Positions 46,519 through 56,404 are shown, numbered from the stretch's first letter. The stretch is DNA of 64,000 nt from Alistipes sp. (GCA_045124955.1 JBGVMU010000003.1:85247-149246); one strand, 5' to 3'. The notes: generated from the sequence alone by a model not told the origin. Numbers and translations: made by a program.

Positions 46519-47931
46519 CTATCGTTTTCCGTTTTCCGTCTTTAGCTTTCCGTTCTTCTTGCATTTGAAGATTGGGTTCTTCTCGGTAGCAGGCTCGATG
46601 CTTGTGTCGATACCGCCACCCAAAGCACGGTAGAGGTTGATAACACCCTGAATACCCTCAAAGCGGTCCGAAACCTGCTGCAATCGTGCCGAAAGCAACG
46701 ACTGCTGGGCGGTCAAAACCTCCAAGTAGGTAGCCTCCGAGTGGCTCATCAGCTGACGAGTACTATATACCGAACTCTCCAAAGTCTCGATCTGGCGAAT
46801 ACGCAAGTTGGTCTTGCTGCGAGCCGAACGGCACTGCGCCAATGCGGTATTCACCTCGCTACCAGCCTCCAATAACTTGTGTTCGAATTCGAGCAAAGCC
46901 TCCTTCTGCTGCGACTGTGCAATCTTGTAGTTTGCACGGTTTGCGCCAGCGTTGAAGATTGGTTGTACCAACTTACCCACGAACGAGAGTACCCAGGTTG
47001 CAGGGCTGCCCTCGAATGCGCCCTCGCCTGTGATGGTGAGCGAAGGGTAGAGCTTTGCGTGAGCGATGTTGGTGTTGTGGTATGCGATGCGGAGGTTATA
47101 CTCTGCCTGCTGAACATCGGGACGACGAGAGAGCAACTGCGCAGGTACGCCTACAAACAACTCCTGCTTGAAATCTACGCCATTCAACTCGCCACGAGGG
47201 AAGTCCTGTGGAGGAACACCCAACAAGAGTGCGAGAGAGTTTTGTGCCTTAACCAAGCTGTACTCCAAATCGTGCAACGATGCATCGATTGAGCAACTGT
47301 TAGCCTCGGTACGGGATACCGAAGCCTCGTTGGTCATACCCGCCTCCTTCATAGCCTTCATTGTGCGGACATTATCCTTCCACGAAGCCGAAGTTGCACG
47401 AGAGATGCGAAGCTGTGCATCGAGCATAAGGAGTGTATAGTAGTTGTTGGCGATAGCCGATACGAGTGCAGTCTGCACGCTACGACGATAGAGGCGGTTG
47501 TACTCCAATGTCGCCTCGGCCTTGCGCTTGGCGTTGATGTTGCGTGCCAAGATATCAATCTCCCAGCTCGCCTTTACAGGCAAGGTATAGGCGAATGATT
47601 GGTTCACGCCGGCACCAATCTGCGGCTCGAAGTTGAACGACGGAATAAACGCCAACTTTGCCGACTGCAATGCCAACTCCGCCTGCGAAACACGCTCTGC
47701 TGCCAACAGCATATCGATATTGTTCTTCAAGCCCTGCTCGATATAGCCCTGCAAGTACTTGTCGGTGAAGAACTCTCGCCACGAGATATCCGCAATGGTG
47801 GTGGTATCCGCCTTCTCGATGTTGCCATAGAGATTCTTGGTCGAGATCTCCTCGGGGCGGCTATATTTCTTGTAGATGGTGCAACTTGTGAAGAGAGTTG
47901 CAATACCCAATATTAAGAGAATCTTTTTCAT
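46519..47931 (-). CDS. TolC/OprM-family efflux outer-membrane lipoprotein
   Basis: Lipobox FTSC; SWEIDI, LLSRRPDV, YLEVLTAQ, LYRALGGG. The last ~12 codons are an ACGGAAA heptamer array. Confidence 0.95.
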   Translation of the reverse strand: MKKILLILGIATLFTSCTIYKKYSRPEEISTKNLYGNIEKADTTTIADISWREFFTDKYLQGYIEQGLKNNIDMLLAAERVSQAELALQSAKLAFIPSFNFEPQIGAGVNQSFAYTLPVKASWEIDILARNINAKRKAEATLEYNRLYRRSVQTALVSAIANNYYTLLMLDAQLRISRATSASWKDNVRTMKAMKEAGMTNEASVSRTEANSCSIDASLHDLEYSLVKAQNSLALLLGVPPQDFPRGELNGVDFKQELFVGVPAQLLSRRPDVQQAEYNLRIAYHNTNIAHAKLYPSLTITGEGAFEGSPATWVLSFVGKLVQPIFNAGANRANYKIAQSQQKEALLEFEHKLLEAGSEVNTALAQCRSARSKTNLRIRQIETLESSVYSTRQLMSHSEATYLEVLTAQQSLLSARLQQVSDRFEGIQGVINLYRALGGGIDTSIEPATEKNPIFKCKKNGKLKTENGKR

Positions 47932-50900
47932 TACTCTTTCTCCTCGTTTGTGTTAGTATCTTTCGCTTTAATAGGTTTAATCTTCTCCTGCAACCACTGG
48001 AAGATGATGAAGAGAGCCGGCAATATGAACAAGAGTGCCAAGGTTCCGATAACCATACCTCCCACGACGCCCGAGCCGATGGTGTTGTTTCCGTTTGCAC
48101 CTACACCGGTCGAGAACATCAACGGAATCATACCGATAACCATTGTCAATACGGTCATAAGGATAGGGCGGAAACGCTCCTTGGTTGCTGCGTATGTCGC
48201 CATTGCGAGCGACATACCCTGCTCACGCTTCTCGCTTGCGAACTCGGTAATCAGGATGGCGGTCTTAGACAACAAACCGATAAGCATAATCAAACCTGTT
48301 TGGAGGTAGATATTGTTCTCTACGCCCATCATTCGAGCAAAGAGGAACGAACCCATCAAGCCGAATGGAACCGAAAGGATAACCGCCAACGGAATCATAT
48401 AACTCTCGTACAGACCTGCCAAGATGAGGTAGATAAGCAAGATACAGATACCGAAGATGATGGCAGTATTGTTGCTTTCGGCCTGCTCCTCACGAGCAAT
48501 ACCGGCGTAGTCATAACCATATCCCACAGGCAAGACCTCTTTTGCAACCTCTGCAACGGCCTTCAATGCCTCACCTGACGAACGACCCTCGGCAGCACGA
48601 CCCGAAACACTGATTGCTGGGAACATATTGAATCGCTGCATACGCTCCGGAGCATAGATACGCTCGATGGTCACGAACTGACCGATTGGAGCCATCTCCT
48701 CGCCAATGCGCACGAAGATGTTGTTCAACGAGTGCTTGTCGGTACGGTAGTCAGGGTGAGCCTGAATACGCACCTGATAGAGCTTGGTAAATTTGTTGAA
48801 ACGGGTAGACATTGTACCTCCGTAGTAACCGCTCAATACCTGCAATACCTCCTTTGTCGAGGTGCCTGCTCGCTTACACTTCACGGCATCCACGGTGATC
48901 TGATACTGCGGATAGTTTGGCTTAAATGCGGTATAAACCGAGCCAATCTCATCACGCTCCTTCAATCCGTTAATCAGGCCCATTGTAACATCGTACAACT
49001 CCTCGATTGTACCACCCTTGCGATCCTGCAAGTAGAGTGTAAATCCTCCCGCAGCACCGAAGCCCGGAATCATCGCAGGGGTTGAGGTTGTTACTGTACC
49101 CTCGTTGAACTTACTTGCATACTGCTTGATGCGCTCCTGTACGGCACCTACGCTGTGCTCCTTGCCCTTACGCTCATCCCAATGTTTGAGTCGGAAGTTG
49201 AAGCTACCATACGAAGGACCTGTCGCATCACCGCTACCTGCCAGCTTACTATATGCACGCACCTCCTCCATATCTTTGAGGATGTCGTTGTCGATACGGT
49301 CGAGAATCTTCTTGGTTTGCAACAACGATGTTCCCGGAGGGGTGGTAATCTTCATATTGATTGTACCCATATCCTCACGAGGCACCAAACCTGTCTTGGT
49401 TGTGGTCATAAAGTAGTAGAGCAAACCGCAAGCGGAAACCAGCAAGAGCAATGCCAACCAACGATGACGCAAGAAGAAGGTTACACCACGCAAATATCTT
49501 CTACGAACAGCCTCGAATGAGCCATCCATAGCCATACCGATGCGGCGACCGAAGGATACCTCCTTGTCGTTGCCGTGCTCATCTTTTGGTCGAAGCAATA
49601 TTGCGCACAATGCCGGCGAGAGGGTCAAGGCGTTCAACGCCGAGATACCTACCGCTACCGCCATAGTAATACCGAACTGCGTGTAGAATACACCCGAGGT
49701 ACCGCCCATAAACGATGTTGGGATAAATACCGCCATAAATACGAGCGTACAGGTGATAATTGCCGATGTGATACCATCCATCGCATCGATAGTCGCTTTG
49801 TATGGCGACTTGTAGCCTGCGTCGAACTTGGTATGCACCGCCTCAACCACGATAATCGCATCATCCACAACCACACCAATCGAGAGCACCAATGCAAAGA
49901 GGGTGAGGAGGTTGATACTGAAATCGAAGAGGAAGAGGAACATAAATGTTCCGACAATCGACACGAGGGTGGCAATGAGTGGAATCATTGTCGAGCGGAA
50001 GTCACGCAAGAAGAGGAACACCACGAGTGTTACCAATACGATAGCCTCCAAGAGGGTGCGCACCACATTGTAGATAGAGGCGTAGAGGAAGTCGTTGGTA
50101 CTCTCCAAGATGACCATCTCCATATCGACAGGGAAGTCCTCTTTTGCCTGTTCGAGGAAGGCGTCGATAGCGTTAATAACCTCGGTTGCATTCGAGTCTG
50201 GAGTCTGATAGATTACGAACTCTGTTCCCGGACAACCATTAACCTCACATTGGTATTGGTATGATTGGTTTCCTAACTCGATAGTTGCAACATCTTTCAA
50301 ACGCAACACCTCACCATTCGAAAGCGCACGAATTACGATATTCTCGAACTCGCTGATATTCTCCAAACGACCCTTGTAACGCATCGAGTATTGGAAGGTC
50401 TGGTCGGAACTCTCACCGAGCGAACCTGCTGCCGATTCGAGGTTCTGCTCACCTACGGCAGTGGCGATATCCTTTGGCACGAGTTTGTACTGCGCCATAA
50501 TATCGGGCTTCAACCAGATACGCATCGAGTAGTCCGAACCACGCACCTCGACATCACCCACACCCGGAATACGGGAGATTGCAGGCACGAGGTTAATCTT
50601 GATGTAATTCACGATAAAGGTTCGGTCGTAGGAGCCATTCGGGCTGTAAATGGCCACACGCTCCAAGATACTTGTCTGACGCTTTCTTACGGTGATACCC
50701 GCCTCGACAGCCTCCGACGGAAGCTGCTTTGTTGCACGAGATACACAGTTCTGCACATTGACAGCCGCCATATCGGCACTTGTGCCGTGCTTGAAGTATA
50801 CATTCACACTACCGCTACCATTGTTCGAGCAGGTCGATGACATATAGGTCATATTCTCCACTCCGTTGATAGCCTCTTCGAGTGGTACGATAACACTCTT

Positions 50901-51077
50901 CTGGAAGGTCTCGGCGCTTGCTCCCGGGTAGGATGCCGATACGAAAATTGTTGGCGGAGCGATGTTTGGATATCGCTCGATAGGCAACGATGCCAATCCG
51001 ATAAGACCTCCGATGACGATAACGATCGAGATAACGGTCGAGAGTACCGGGCGGTCGATAAAGGTTTTAATATTCAT
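47931..51077 (-). CDS. RND efflux permease (HAE1 type)
   Basis: YPNIAPP, VVDDAIIVVE, IGLLSKTAILITE, RFRPILMT. Confidence 0.97.
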   Translation of the reverse strand: MNIKTFIDRPVLSTVISIVIVIGGLIGLASLPIERYPNIAPPTIFVSASYPGASAETFQKSVIVPLEEAINGVENMTYMSSTCSNNGSGSVNVYFKHGTSADMAAVNVQNCVSRATKQLPSEAVEAGITVRKRQTSILERVAIYSPNGSYDRTFIVNYIKINLVPAISRIPGVGDVEVRGSDYSMRIWLKPDIMAQYKLVPKDIATAVGEQNLESAAGSLGESSDQTFQYSMRYKGRLENISEFENIVIRALSNGEVLRLKDVATIELGNQSYQYQCEVNGCPGTEFVIYQTPDSNATEVINAIDAFLEQAKEDFPVDMEMVILESTNDFLYASIYNVVRTLLEAIVLVTLVVFLFLRDFRSTMIPLIATLVSIVGTFMFLFLFDFSINLLTLFALVLSIGVVVDDAIIVVEAVHTKFDAGYKSPYKATIDAMDGITSAIITCTLVFMAVFIPTSFMGGTSGVFYTQFGITMAVAVGISALNALTLSPALCAILLRPKDEHGNDKEVSFGRRIGMAMDGSFEAVRRRYLRGVTFFLRHRWLALLLLVSACGLLYYFMTTTKTGLVPREDMGTINMKITTPPGTSLLQTKKILDRIDNDILKDMEEVRAYSKLAGSGDATGPSYGSFNFRLKHWDERKGKEHSVGAVQERIKQYASKFNEGTVTTSTPAMIPGFGAAGGFTLYLQDRKGGTIEELYDVTMGLINGLKERDEIGSVYTAFKPNYPQYQITVDAVKCKRAGTSTKEVLQVLSGYYGGTMSTRFNKFTKLYQVRIQAHPDYRTDKHSLNNIFVRIGEEMAPIGQFVTIERIYAPERMQRFNMFPAISVSGRAAEGRSSGEALKAVAEVAKEVLPVGYGYDYAGIAREEQAESNNTAIIFGICILLIYLILAGLYESYMIPLAVILSVPFGLMGSFLFARMMGVENNIYLQTGLIMLIGLLSKTAILITEFASEKREQGMSLAMATYAATKERFRPILMTVLTMVIGMIPLMFSTGVGANGNNTIGSGVVGGMVIGTLALLFILPALFIIFQWLQEKIKPIKAKDTNTNEEKE

Positions 51078-51098
51078 CTTTTGAACTACTTTTCGGGG

Positions 51099-52229
51099 TT
51101 ATTTTTTCTTCGGAGCGATAATGTCCTTAATCTTAACCTTTGCACCGTCACGCAAGATTCCGATACCCTCGACTACGATTGTATCGCCCTCCATAAGGCC
51201 TGACTCTACGATAAACTCTTTACCGTTGCTAATCTCGAATACGCCGATAATCTTAGCCTTTGCGATGCCGTTCTCAACCTTGTAAGCATAGACCTTATCC
51301 TGTACCTCGTAGGTTGCGTGCTGCGGAATAACTACGCAACCCTCCTGGCGGTGAGGCAAGATGATTGTACCCGAACCTCCCGAGATGAGCAATCGCTTCT
51401 TGTTAGGGAACTTTGCACGGATAGTTACCGAACCGGTAGTTGGGTCGATGATACCTGAGATAGCCTCGATACGGCCCTTCTCCGAGTAGATTGTACCGTC
51501 GCTGAGCTGCAACTCTACATCAGGCATATCCTGCAAAGCGTTCTCGATAGCACCATATTGGCGTTTGAGTGAGAGCACCTGACTTTCGCTCAACGAGAAG
51601 TAGACATACATCTCCGAGTTGTCCGATACGGTGGTGATAGGTGTCGACTCCGAAGGTCTTACGAAGGTACCAACACGGAATGGAAGAGTACCTACAACGC
51701 CATCCACAGGACTCTTGATGAGAGTGTAGGCGAGGTTGTTGCTTGCGGTGAGCTCGTCAGCCTTTGCCTGAGCAAGCTCTGCCTTCGAAGCTGCAAGGTT
51801 TGTGCGAGCCATACGAAGATCGAACTCCGATACGATATCCTGCTCGAAGAGTACCTCTTTTGCTGCGGCAGAGAGCTGCGATGCCTCGACCAATGCCTGC
51901 TTTACCTCGACTTTTGCCTCTGCGGTTGCGAGAGCGGCCAAGTATTGAGCCTGGTCGATAACGAAAAGGGTCTGTCCCTGCTTAACAATCGAACCCTCCT
52001 TTACCTTGATGTCGGTGATGTATCCCTCGACTTTTGTACGGATATCGACATCCTGTTTACCTCGGATAGTTGCCGAGTAGGTTGAACTGAGTTTGCGAGA
52101 TGCAGTTTCGAGAATCATCGCATTGTACTCACGAGTCTGTTTGGTCTTGGTAGTCTCCTCCTTGCAACCTACGAAGAGGCTCGAAAGAGCGACACATACC
52201 ATCAAGCTGAATAGTAGTTTTTTTGTCAT
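51099..52229 (-). CDS. RND periplasmic adaptor subunit
   Basis: Start reassigned to MTKKLLF (52229), lipobox FVGC; IRTKVEGYI, IKSPVDG, IDPTTGS. Confidence 0.93.
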   Translation of the reverse strand: MTKKLLFSLMVCVALSSLFVGCKEETTKTKQTREYNAMILETASRKLSSTYSATIRGKQDVDIRTKVEGYITDIKVKEGSIVKQGQTLFVIDQAQYLAALATAEAKVEVKQALVEASQLSAAAKEVLFEQDIVSEFDLRMARTNLAASKAELAQAKADELTASNNLAYTLIKSPVDGVVGTLPFRVGTFVRPSESTPITTVSDNSEMYVYFSLSESQVLSLKRQYGAIENALQDMPDVELQLSDGTIYSEKGRIEAISGIIDPTTGSVTIRAKFPNKKRLLISGGSGTIILPHRQEGCVVIPQHATYEVQDKVYAYKVENGIAKAKIIGVFEISNGKEFIVESGLMEGDTIVVEGIGILRDGAKVKIKDIIAPKKK

Positions 52230-52365
52230 TTTGTATGTTTTTTTTAATTTTGAATTATCGTTTGTGGTTAAAATCACGCAAAAGTACGAAAAAAAATGCA
52301 TAAAACAAAGAGGAGCAATTATAAATAATTGCCCCTTCTCGAACTATGAATGTTTCGTTTTTATG

Positions 52366-53601
52366 CTATTTCAACTCCTCGTAGAGCATCGCTATGGCGT
52401 ATGCTGTTGCTCTCGAAATGATTTGTGAGCGGTCTGTGCCGCAGTTTTTAAGCACTGCATAACATCTGTTAGGCGTGGCCACGCCTATCCATACTGTGCC
52501 CACCGGCTTCTCCTTGCTACCGCCTGTCGGACCGGCTATGCCGGTGGTTGAAATGGCAAAATCTGCCCCCGAAATGGCTCTTGCACCCTGCGCCATTGCT
52601 TTGGCTACCTGCTCCGATACAGCTCCAAAATGCGTAATATCGGACATTTCAACACCCAAAACCTTATTTTTTGACTCGTTGCTGTACGACATCACTCCGC
52701 AGAGAAAATATGCCGAAGCCCCAGCTTGCGCAGTGAATTTTGATGCAATTGCTCCGCCTGTGCAACTCTCGGCAGTGGCGAGGGACAAGCCTTTGTTTAT
52801 TAGGATGTTATGCACTAACTCTTCGACCGAAGCCTCCTCGAAACCTGCGATATTGTCGGGGATTATCGAGCGCAACTCCTCGAACAAGTTGTCAATTTCG
52901 TGGCGCACCTCCTTGCCCTCGACCTCGTATGCCGAAAGGCGCAGTCGCACCACATTTGGAGCAGGGAGATAGGCGAGTCGGATATAGTCGGGTAGAGCCT
53001 CTTCCCACTTGGCGATGCGCTCCGCCAAAATCGACTCGGCAATGCCGAAGGTTATCATCGTGCGATGGACAATCTCACGCAACTCGAAACGAGCCTTCAA
53101 GCGTGGCATAACCTCCTCATCTATGAGGTGTTGCATCTCGAATGGAACGCCAGGAAGCGACACCACTACACGCCCATTCTGCTCAAACCACATACCCGGG
53201 GCAGTGCCGTGGGCATTGTGCAGTACGGTGCAACACTCGGGCACCATTGCCTGACCTCGGTTGAGGTCGTTGAAGGCGATATTTCGCACCGCCAGCAGTG
53301 TGCGGATATGTTCGGCTTCCGTTTCGTCGTAGCGGAGTGTCGAGCCGAAGTAGTCGCACAGCGTATGCTTGGTGATGTCATCTTTTGTAGGGCCCAAACC
53401 ACCCGTGATAATCACAACCTCGCTCTGCGAGAGTGCTCGGTCGAGTGTCTCGACAATTTGGGTGCGGTTGTCGCCTATCGATGTGCGCTCGGCAACCACA
53501 ATGCCGTGGGCATTCAGCGCACGAGAGATATAGCGGGAGTTGGTGTCGAGAATCTGTCCAATCAAAATCTCGTCACCTATGGTAATAATTGTTGCTTTCA
53601 T
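52366..53601 (-). CDS. cinA: CinA family protein (molybdopterin-binding + NMN deamidase domains)
   Basis: ITIGDEIL, GGLGPTKDD, LPGVP, TAESCTGG, TTGIAGPTGG. Confidence 0.95.
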   Translation of the reverse strand: MKATIITIGDEILIGQILDTNSRYISRALNAHGIVVAERTSIGDNRTQIVETLDRALSQSEVVIITGGLGPTKDDITKHTLCDYFGSTLRYDETEAEHIRTLLAVRNIAFNDLNRGQAMVPECCTVLHNAHGTAPGMWFEQNGRVVVSLPGVPFEMQHLIDEEVMPRLKARFELREIVHRTMITFGIAESILAERIAKWEEALPDYIRLAYLPAPNVVRLRLSAYEVEGKEVRHEIDNLFEELRSIIPDNIAGFEEASVEELVHNILINKGLSLATAESCTGGAIASKFTAQAGASAYFLCGVMSYSNESKNKVLGVEMSDITHFGAVSEQVAKAMAQGARAISGADFAISTTGIAGPTGGSKEKPVGTVWIGVATPNRCYAVLKNCGTDRSQIISRATAYAIAMLYEELK

Positions 53602-53604
53602 CCT

Positions 53605-54711
53605 TTATTGTTGATTTTCGGTCGTTTCCTCGGCTACGACTTCGGAGTTACTCTGCACTTCGGGTGTTGCTTCGGCAGTTGCTTCTGGGGCGATAAGGCT
53701 TCGGCAGAGGTCGCCGGCAAAGCCTGCTCCATTATAGACAAAACCCGTATAGACCTGTACGAGGGTTGCGCCTGCATCCATCATTCGCTTGACATCCTCG
53801 CCCGTCATCAAACCGCCTACTCCGATGATTGGGTAGGTGCCGTTGCAACGCTCATATACTCGGCGCACAACCTCTATTGCTCGCTCGGTCAGAGGCTCGC
53901 CACTCACCGCTCCGACGCCCCTTTTTCGCAGCTCCTCCTTCGAGGTTTTAAGCCCCTCGGGGTGGGTTGTGGCGTTGGTAGCGATAATTCCGTCGAGCGG
54001 AGTATCGACCATAATATCGGTCATCAAATCAATCTCCTCGTTGGTCAAATCGGGCGATATTTTCAGGAGTATCGGGCGATATTGAGTTTGTCCTCGGCGG
54101 AAGTCGAAGAGTGGTTCGAGAATCTTCATTATGCTCTCTCGGGTGCGAGGTACATACTGCTTGTGGGTGGTGTTGTAGCTCACATTCACGGCAAAGTAGT
54201 CGAGGTACTGATAGAGGTTGCGGAATACTCGCAGATAGTCCATTGCCGCCTCCTCGGGAGGTGTGACGGTGTTTTTGCCGATGTTGCAACCGAGAATTAT
54301 GCCTTCGTGTCCCTTGCGAACATTCTCTATTACCGCTTCGAAGCCCTTCGAAGCCAAACCTATGCGGTTGATAATGGCTTTATCCTCGGGGAGTTCGAAG
54401 ATTCTCGGCTTAGGGTTGCCCTGCTGTGGGCGAGGGGTGACCGTTCCAATCTCCACAAAGCCGAAGCCGAGTGCCGAGAGTGGGCGGAAAATCTCGCCAT
54501 TGCGGTCGTAGCCGGCGGCGATGCCTATCGGATTGCGGAAGTGAAGACCGAAGACTTCACGCTCCAAACGCTCATCCTCAACGGCATAAATCTTGTGCAT
54601 AAACCACTTTGCCAACGGCATTTTGTCGGCAATACGGAGCATCCAAACCGAGAGCGAATGGGCTCGTTCGGCTCCGAAAAAGCGGGATATGAAGTGTAAA
54701 ATCTTACGCAT
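53605..54711 (-). CDS. pyrD: Quinone-type dihydroorotate dehydrogenase-like protein with a non-canonical active-site loop
   Basis: Start reassigned to MRKILHF (54711); NPIGIAAG, GFGFVEIGTVTP, NIGKN, LKISPD, IIGVGG present; catalytic loop reads NVSYNT. Confidence 0.75.
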   Translation of the reverse strand: MRKILHFISRFFGAERAHSLSVWMLRIADKMPLAKWFMHKIYAVEDERLEREVFGLHFRNPIGIAAGYDRNGEIFRPLSALGFGFVEIGTVTPRPQQGNPKPRIFELPEDKAIINRIGLASKGFEAVIENVRKGHEGIILGCNIGKNTVTPPEEAAMDYLRVFRNLYQYLDYFAVNVSYNTTHKQYVPRTRESIMKILEPLFDFRRGQTQYRPILLKISPDLTNEEIDLMTDIMVDTPLDGIIATNATTHPEGLKTSKEELRKRGVGAVSGEPLTERAIEVVRRVYERCNGTYPIIGVGGLMTGEDVKRMMDAGATLVQVYTGFVYNGAGFAGDLCRSLIAPEATAEATPEVQSNSEVVAEETTENQQ

Positions 54712-54718
54712 AACGGCG

Positions 54719-54765
54719 CAAAGGTATGCAAATAAACGGAAAACTGAAAGCGGAAAACGGAAAAC
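54719..54765 (-). promoter_or_regulatory. pyrD-like promoter with (RCGGAAA)x4 array directly upstream
   Basis: TACCTTTG on the minus strand at 54719-54726, 7 nt from the ATG; array at 54736-54765. Confidence 0.7.
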
Positions 54766-54780
54766 TTTTGTTTTTCGTTT

Positions 54781-54947
54781 GGAGCGAAAAGCGGAACCGC
54801 TGCGATTAAGTCGAGCGCAGAGAGGGCTTGCACACTCTGCCGAGACGGAGCAGTGAAGCCCGAAGGGCAACCGACGCAGCGGAGCGAGAGCAGAGGGTGC
54901 TTGCACACTATGCCGAGCCGCAAGGAGGAAAAGCCTGCGAAGCAGGA
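54781..54947. repeat. Element with a 19-bp direct repeat GCTTGCACACTMTGCCGAG and GAA-loop mini-hairpins
   Basis: Repeats at 54826-54844 and 54899-54917; hairpins GCCC-GAA-GGGC and CCTGC-GAA-GCAGG. Confidence 0.7.
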
Positions 54948-54970
54948 TTAAAACGGAAAACTTTCAATTT

Positions 54971-55270
54971 AGTGAGTAGAGAGTAGAGAGTAGTGAGTAG
55001 TGAGAACGGAAAACGGAAAGCGGAAAGCGGAAAACCCTCAGCGCCCCCTTAATAGCCCTTAATAGCCTTTAACAGCCTTTAATTCGTTGCGCCGTGATAA
55101 GGGTAGGAGTCTGCACAACCCCAAAAACCCTCAGCGCCCCCTTAATAGCCCTTAATAGCCCTTAATAGCCTTTAACAGCCCTTAATTCGTTGCGCCGTGA
55201 TAAGGGTAGGAGTCCGCACAACCCCAAAAGCCTTTCAGCGCACCCTATTACCCCTATAATTCGTTGCGCC
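54971..55270 (+). repeat. Fused heptamer array (9 units) followed by three tandem scaffold copies with 10-mer/9-mer cargo
   Basis: 54971-55033; scaffolds at 55031-55122 (3 x TAAYAGCCYT), 55123-55225 (4 units) and 55226-55270 (one 9-mer). Confidence 0.9.
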
Positions 55271-55297
55271 TTTCCCACCATCAGAGTTCCGAAAACC

Positions 55298-56293
55298 CTA
55301 AAAATACTCCTCTCGGTAGTGGTAGTTGTTGCGCAGTTGCTCGAATTGTTCGGGGTTGTTGCGCAGGGCTTTGCTCTCGGTGGCGAGGTCGCAATAGTTG
55401 ACGATTGTAGCACACATCTCCTCCCACGAAATCGGTTTTGGCGTAACCGCTTCGACCTCGCTTGGTCGCCACTCTTTGAGTGGAAGGTCGAAGTGACGAG
55501 CCAACGCCTGCACTGCCAAAGCGGTGGCATTTGCCTTGCCCTGTGCCGAGTAGCCCGCAATATGGGGCGTTGCAACGAGCGACTTTGCGAGGTAGTCGCT
55601 GTCGATATTAGGCTCGTTTTCCCACACATCGGTGATGTAGGTGAGGTCGTTGCGCCTTGTCGCCTCGGTCGCCACGCACTCCCCTCGTGAGGCGTTTATA
55701 AGGGTTGCTCCCGAGTGCAAGAGCGATATATTTTCGGTATCTATCAGGTGCTCGGTTGTCGGGTCGAGCGGAGTGTGGATAGTTACTATGTCCGACTCTC
55801 GTAAAACCTCTTCGAGCGATACGAAATCGAGCTGCTCACGCTCCTGACGGGGAGGGTCCGAGCAGATGGTGCGAAACCCCCACGCTTCGGCATACTCCTT
55901 CACCAATTTGCCCACATTTCCTACGCCTACGATGCCCAAGGTGCGCTCTTGCGGAGCGAAATTATCTCGCTTGGCAACCATCGACAAAGCGGCTGCCACC
56001 CACTGCAAAACACCTCTTGCATTGCAACCTGCCGAGGTCGAAACGACGATGTTGTGCGCTCGACAATAGTCGAGGTCGATATGGTCGAAGCCGATTGTGG
56101 CGGTGGCGATAAACTGCACCTTCGAGCCTTCGAGCAGTGAGCCATCGCAACGGGTGCGGGTGCGCACAATCAGCGCATCGGCATCTCGTACCAACTCGCT
56201 CGTAAAGGCGTAGCCGTCGATATACTCCACCTCGGCAAAGGGCTCCAATACCCCCTTCAAAAATGGAATTGCCCGATCGATTAAAACTCTCAT
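55298..56293 (-). CDS. pdxB: Erythronate-4-phosphate dehydrogenase
   Basis: LIVRTRTRC, ATATIGFDHID, GCNA, GIVGVGNVG, IHTPL, INASRG, DVWENEP, TPHIAGYSAQGK. Confidence 0.93.
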   Translation of the reverse strand: MRVLIDRAIPFLKGVLEPFAEVEYIDGYAFTSELVRDADALIVRTRTRCDGSLLEGSKVQFIATATIGFDHIDLDYCRAHNIVVSTSAGCNARGVLQWVAAALSMVAKRDNFAPQERTLGIVGVGNVGKLVKEYAEAWGFRTICSDPPRQEREQLDFVSLEEVLRESDIVTIHTPLDPTTEHLIDTENISLLHSGATLINASRGECVATEATRRNDLTYITDVWENEPNIDSDYLAKSLVATPHIAGYSAQGKANATALAVQALARHFDLPLKEWRPSEVEAVTPKPISWEEMCATIVNYCDLATESKALRNNPEQFEQLRNNYHYREEYF

Positions 56294-56404
56294 ATCTATA
56301 CCTTATAGTGCAAATTCACCACAAATATAGCCCCATTGTGCAACTTTTCCAATAATTTTTGTAAATTTGCGCCCTATAATATAAAGATAGGTGTCGAAGA
56401 CTCT

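Noticed and set aside
54712-54906. N-terminal extension of the pyrD-like ORF
   Set aside because: It reads through the promoter, heptamer array and repeat element; the true start is 54711.
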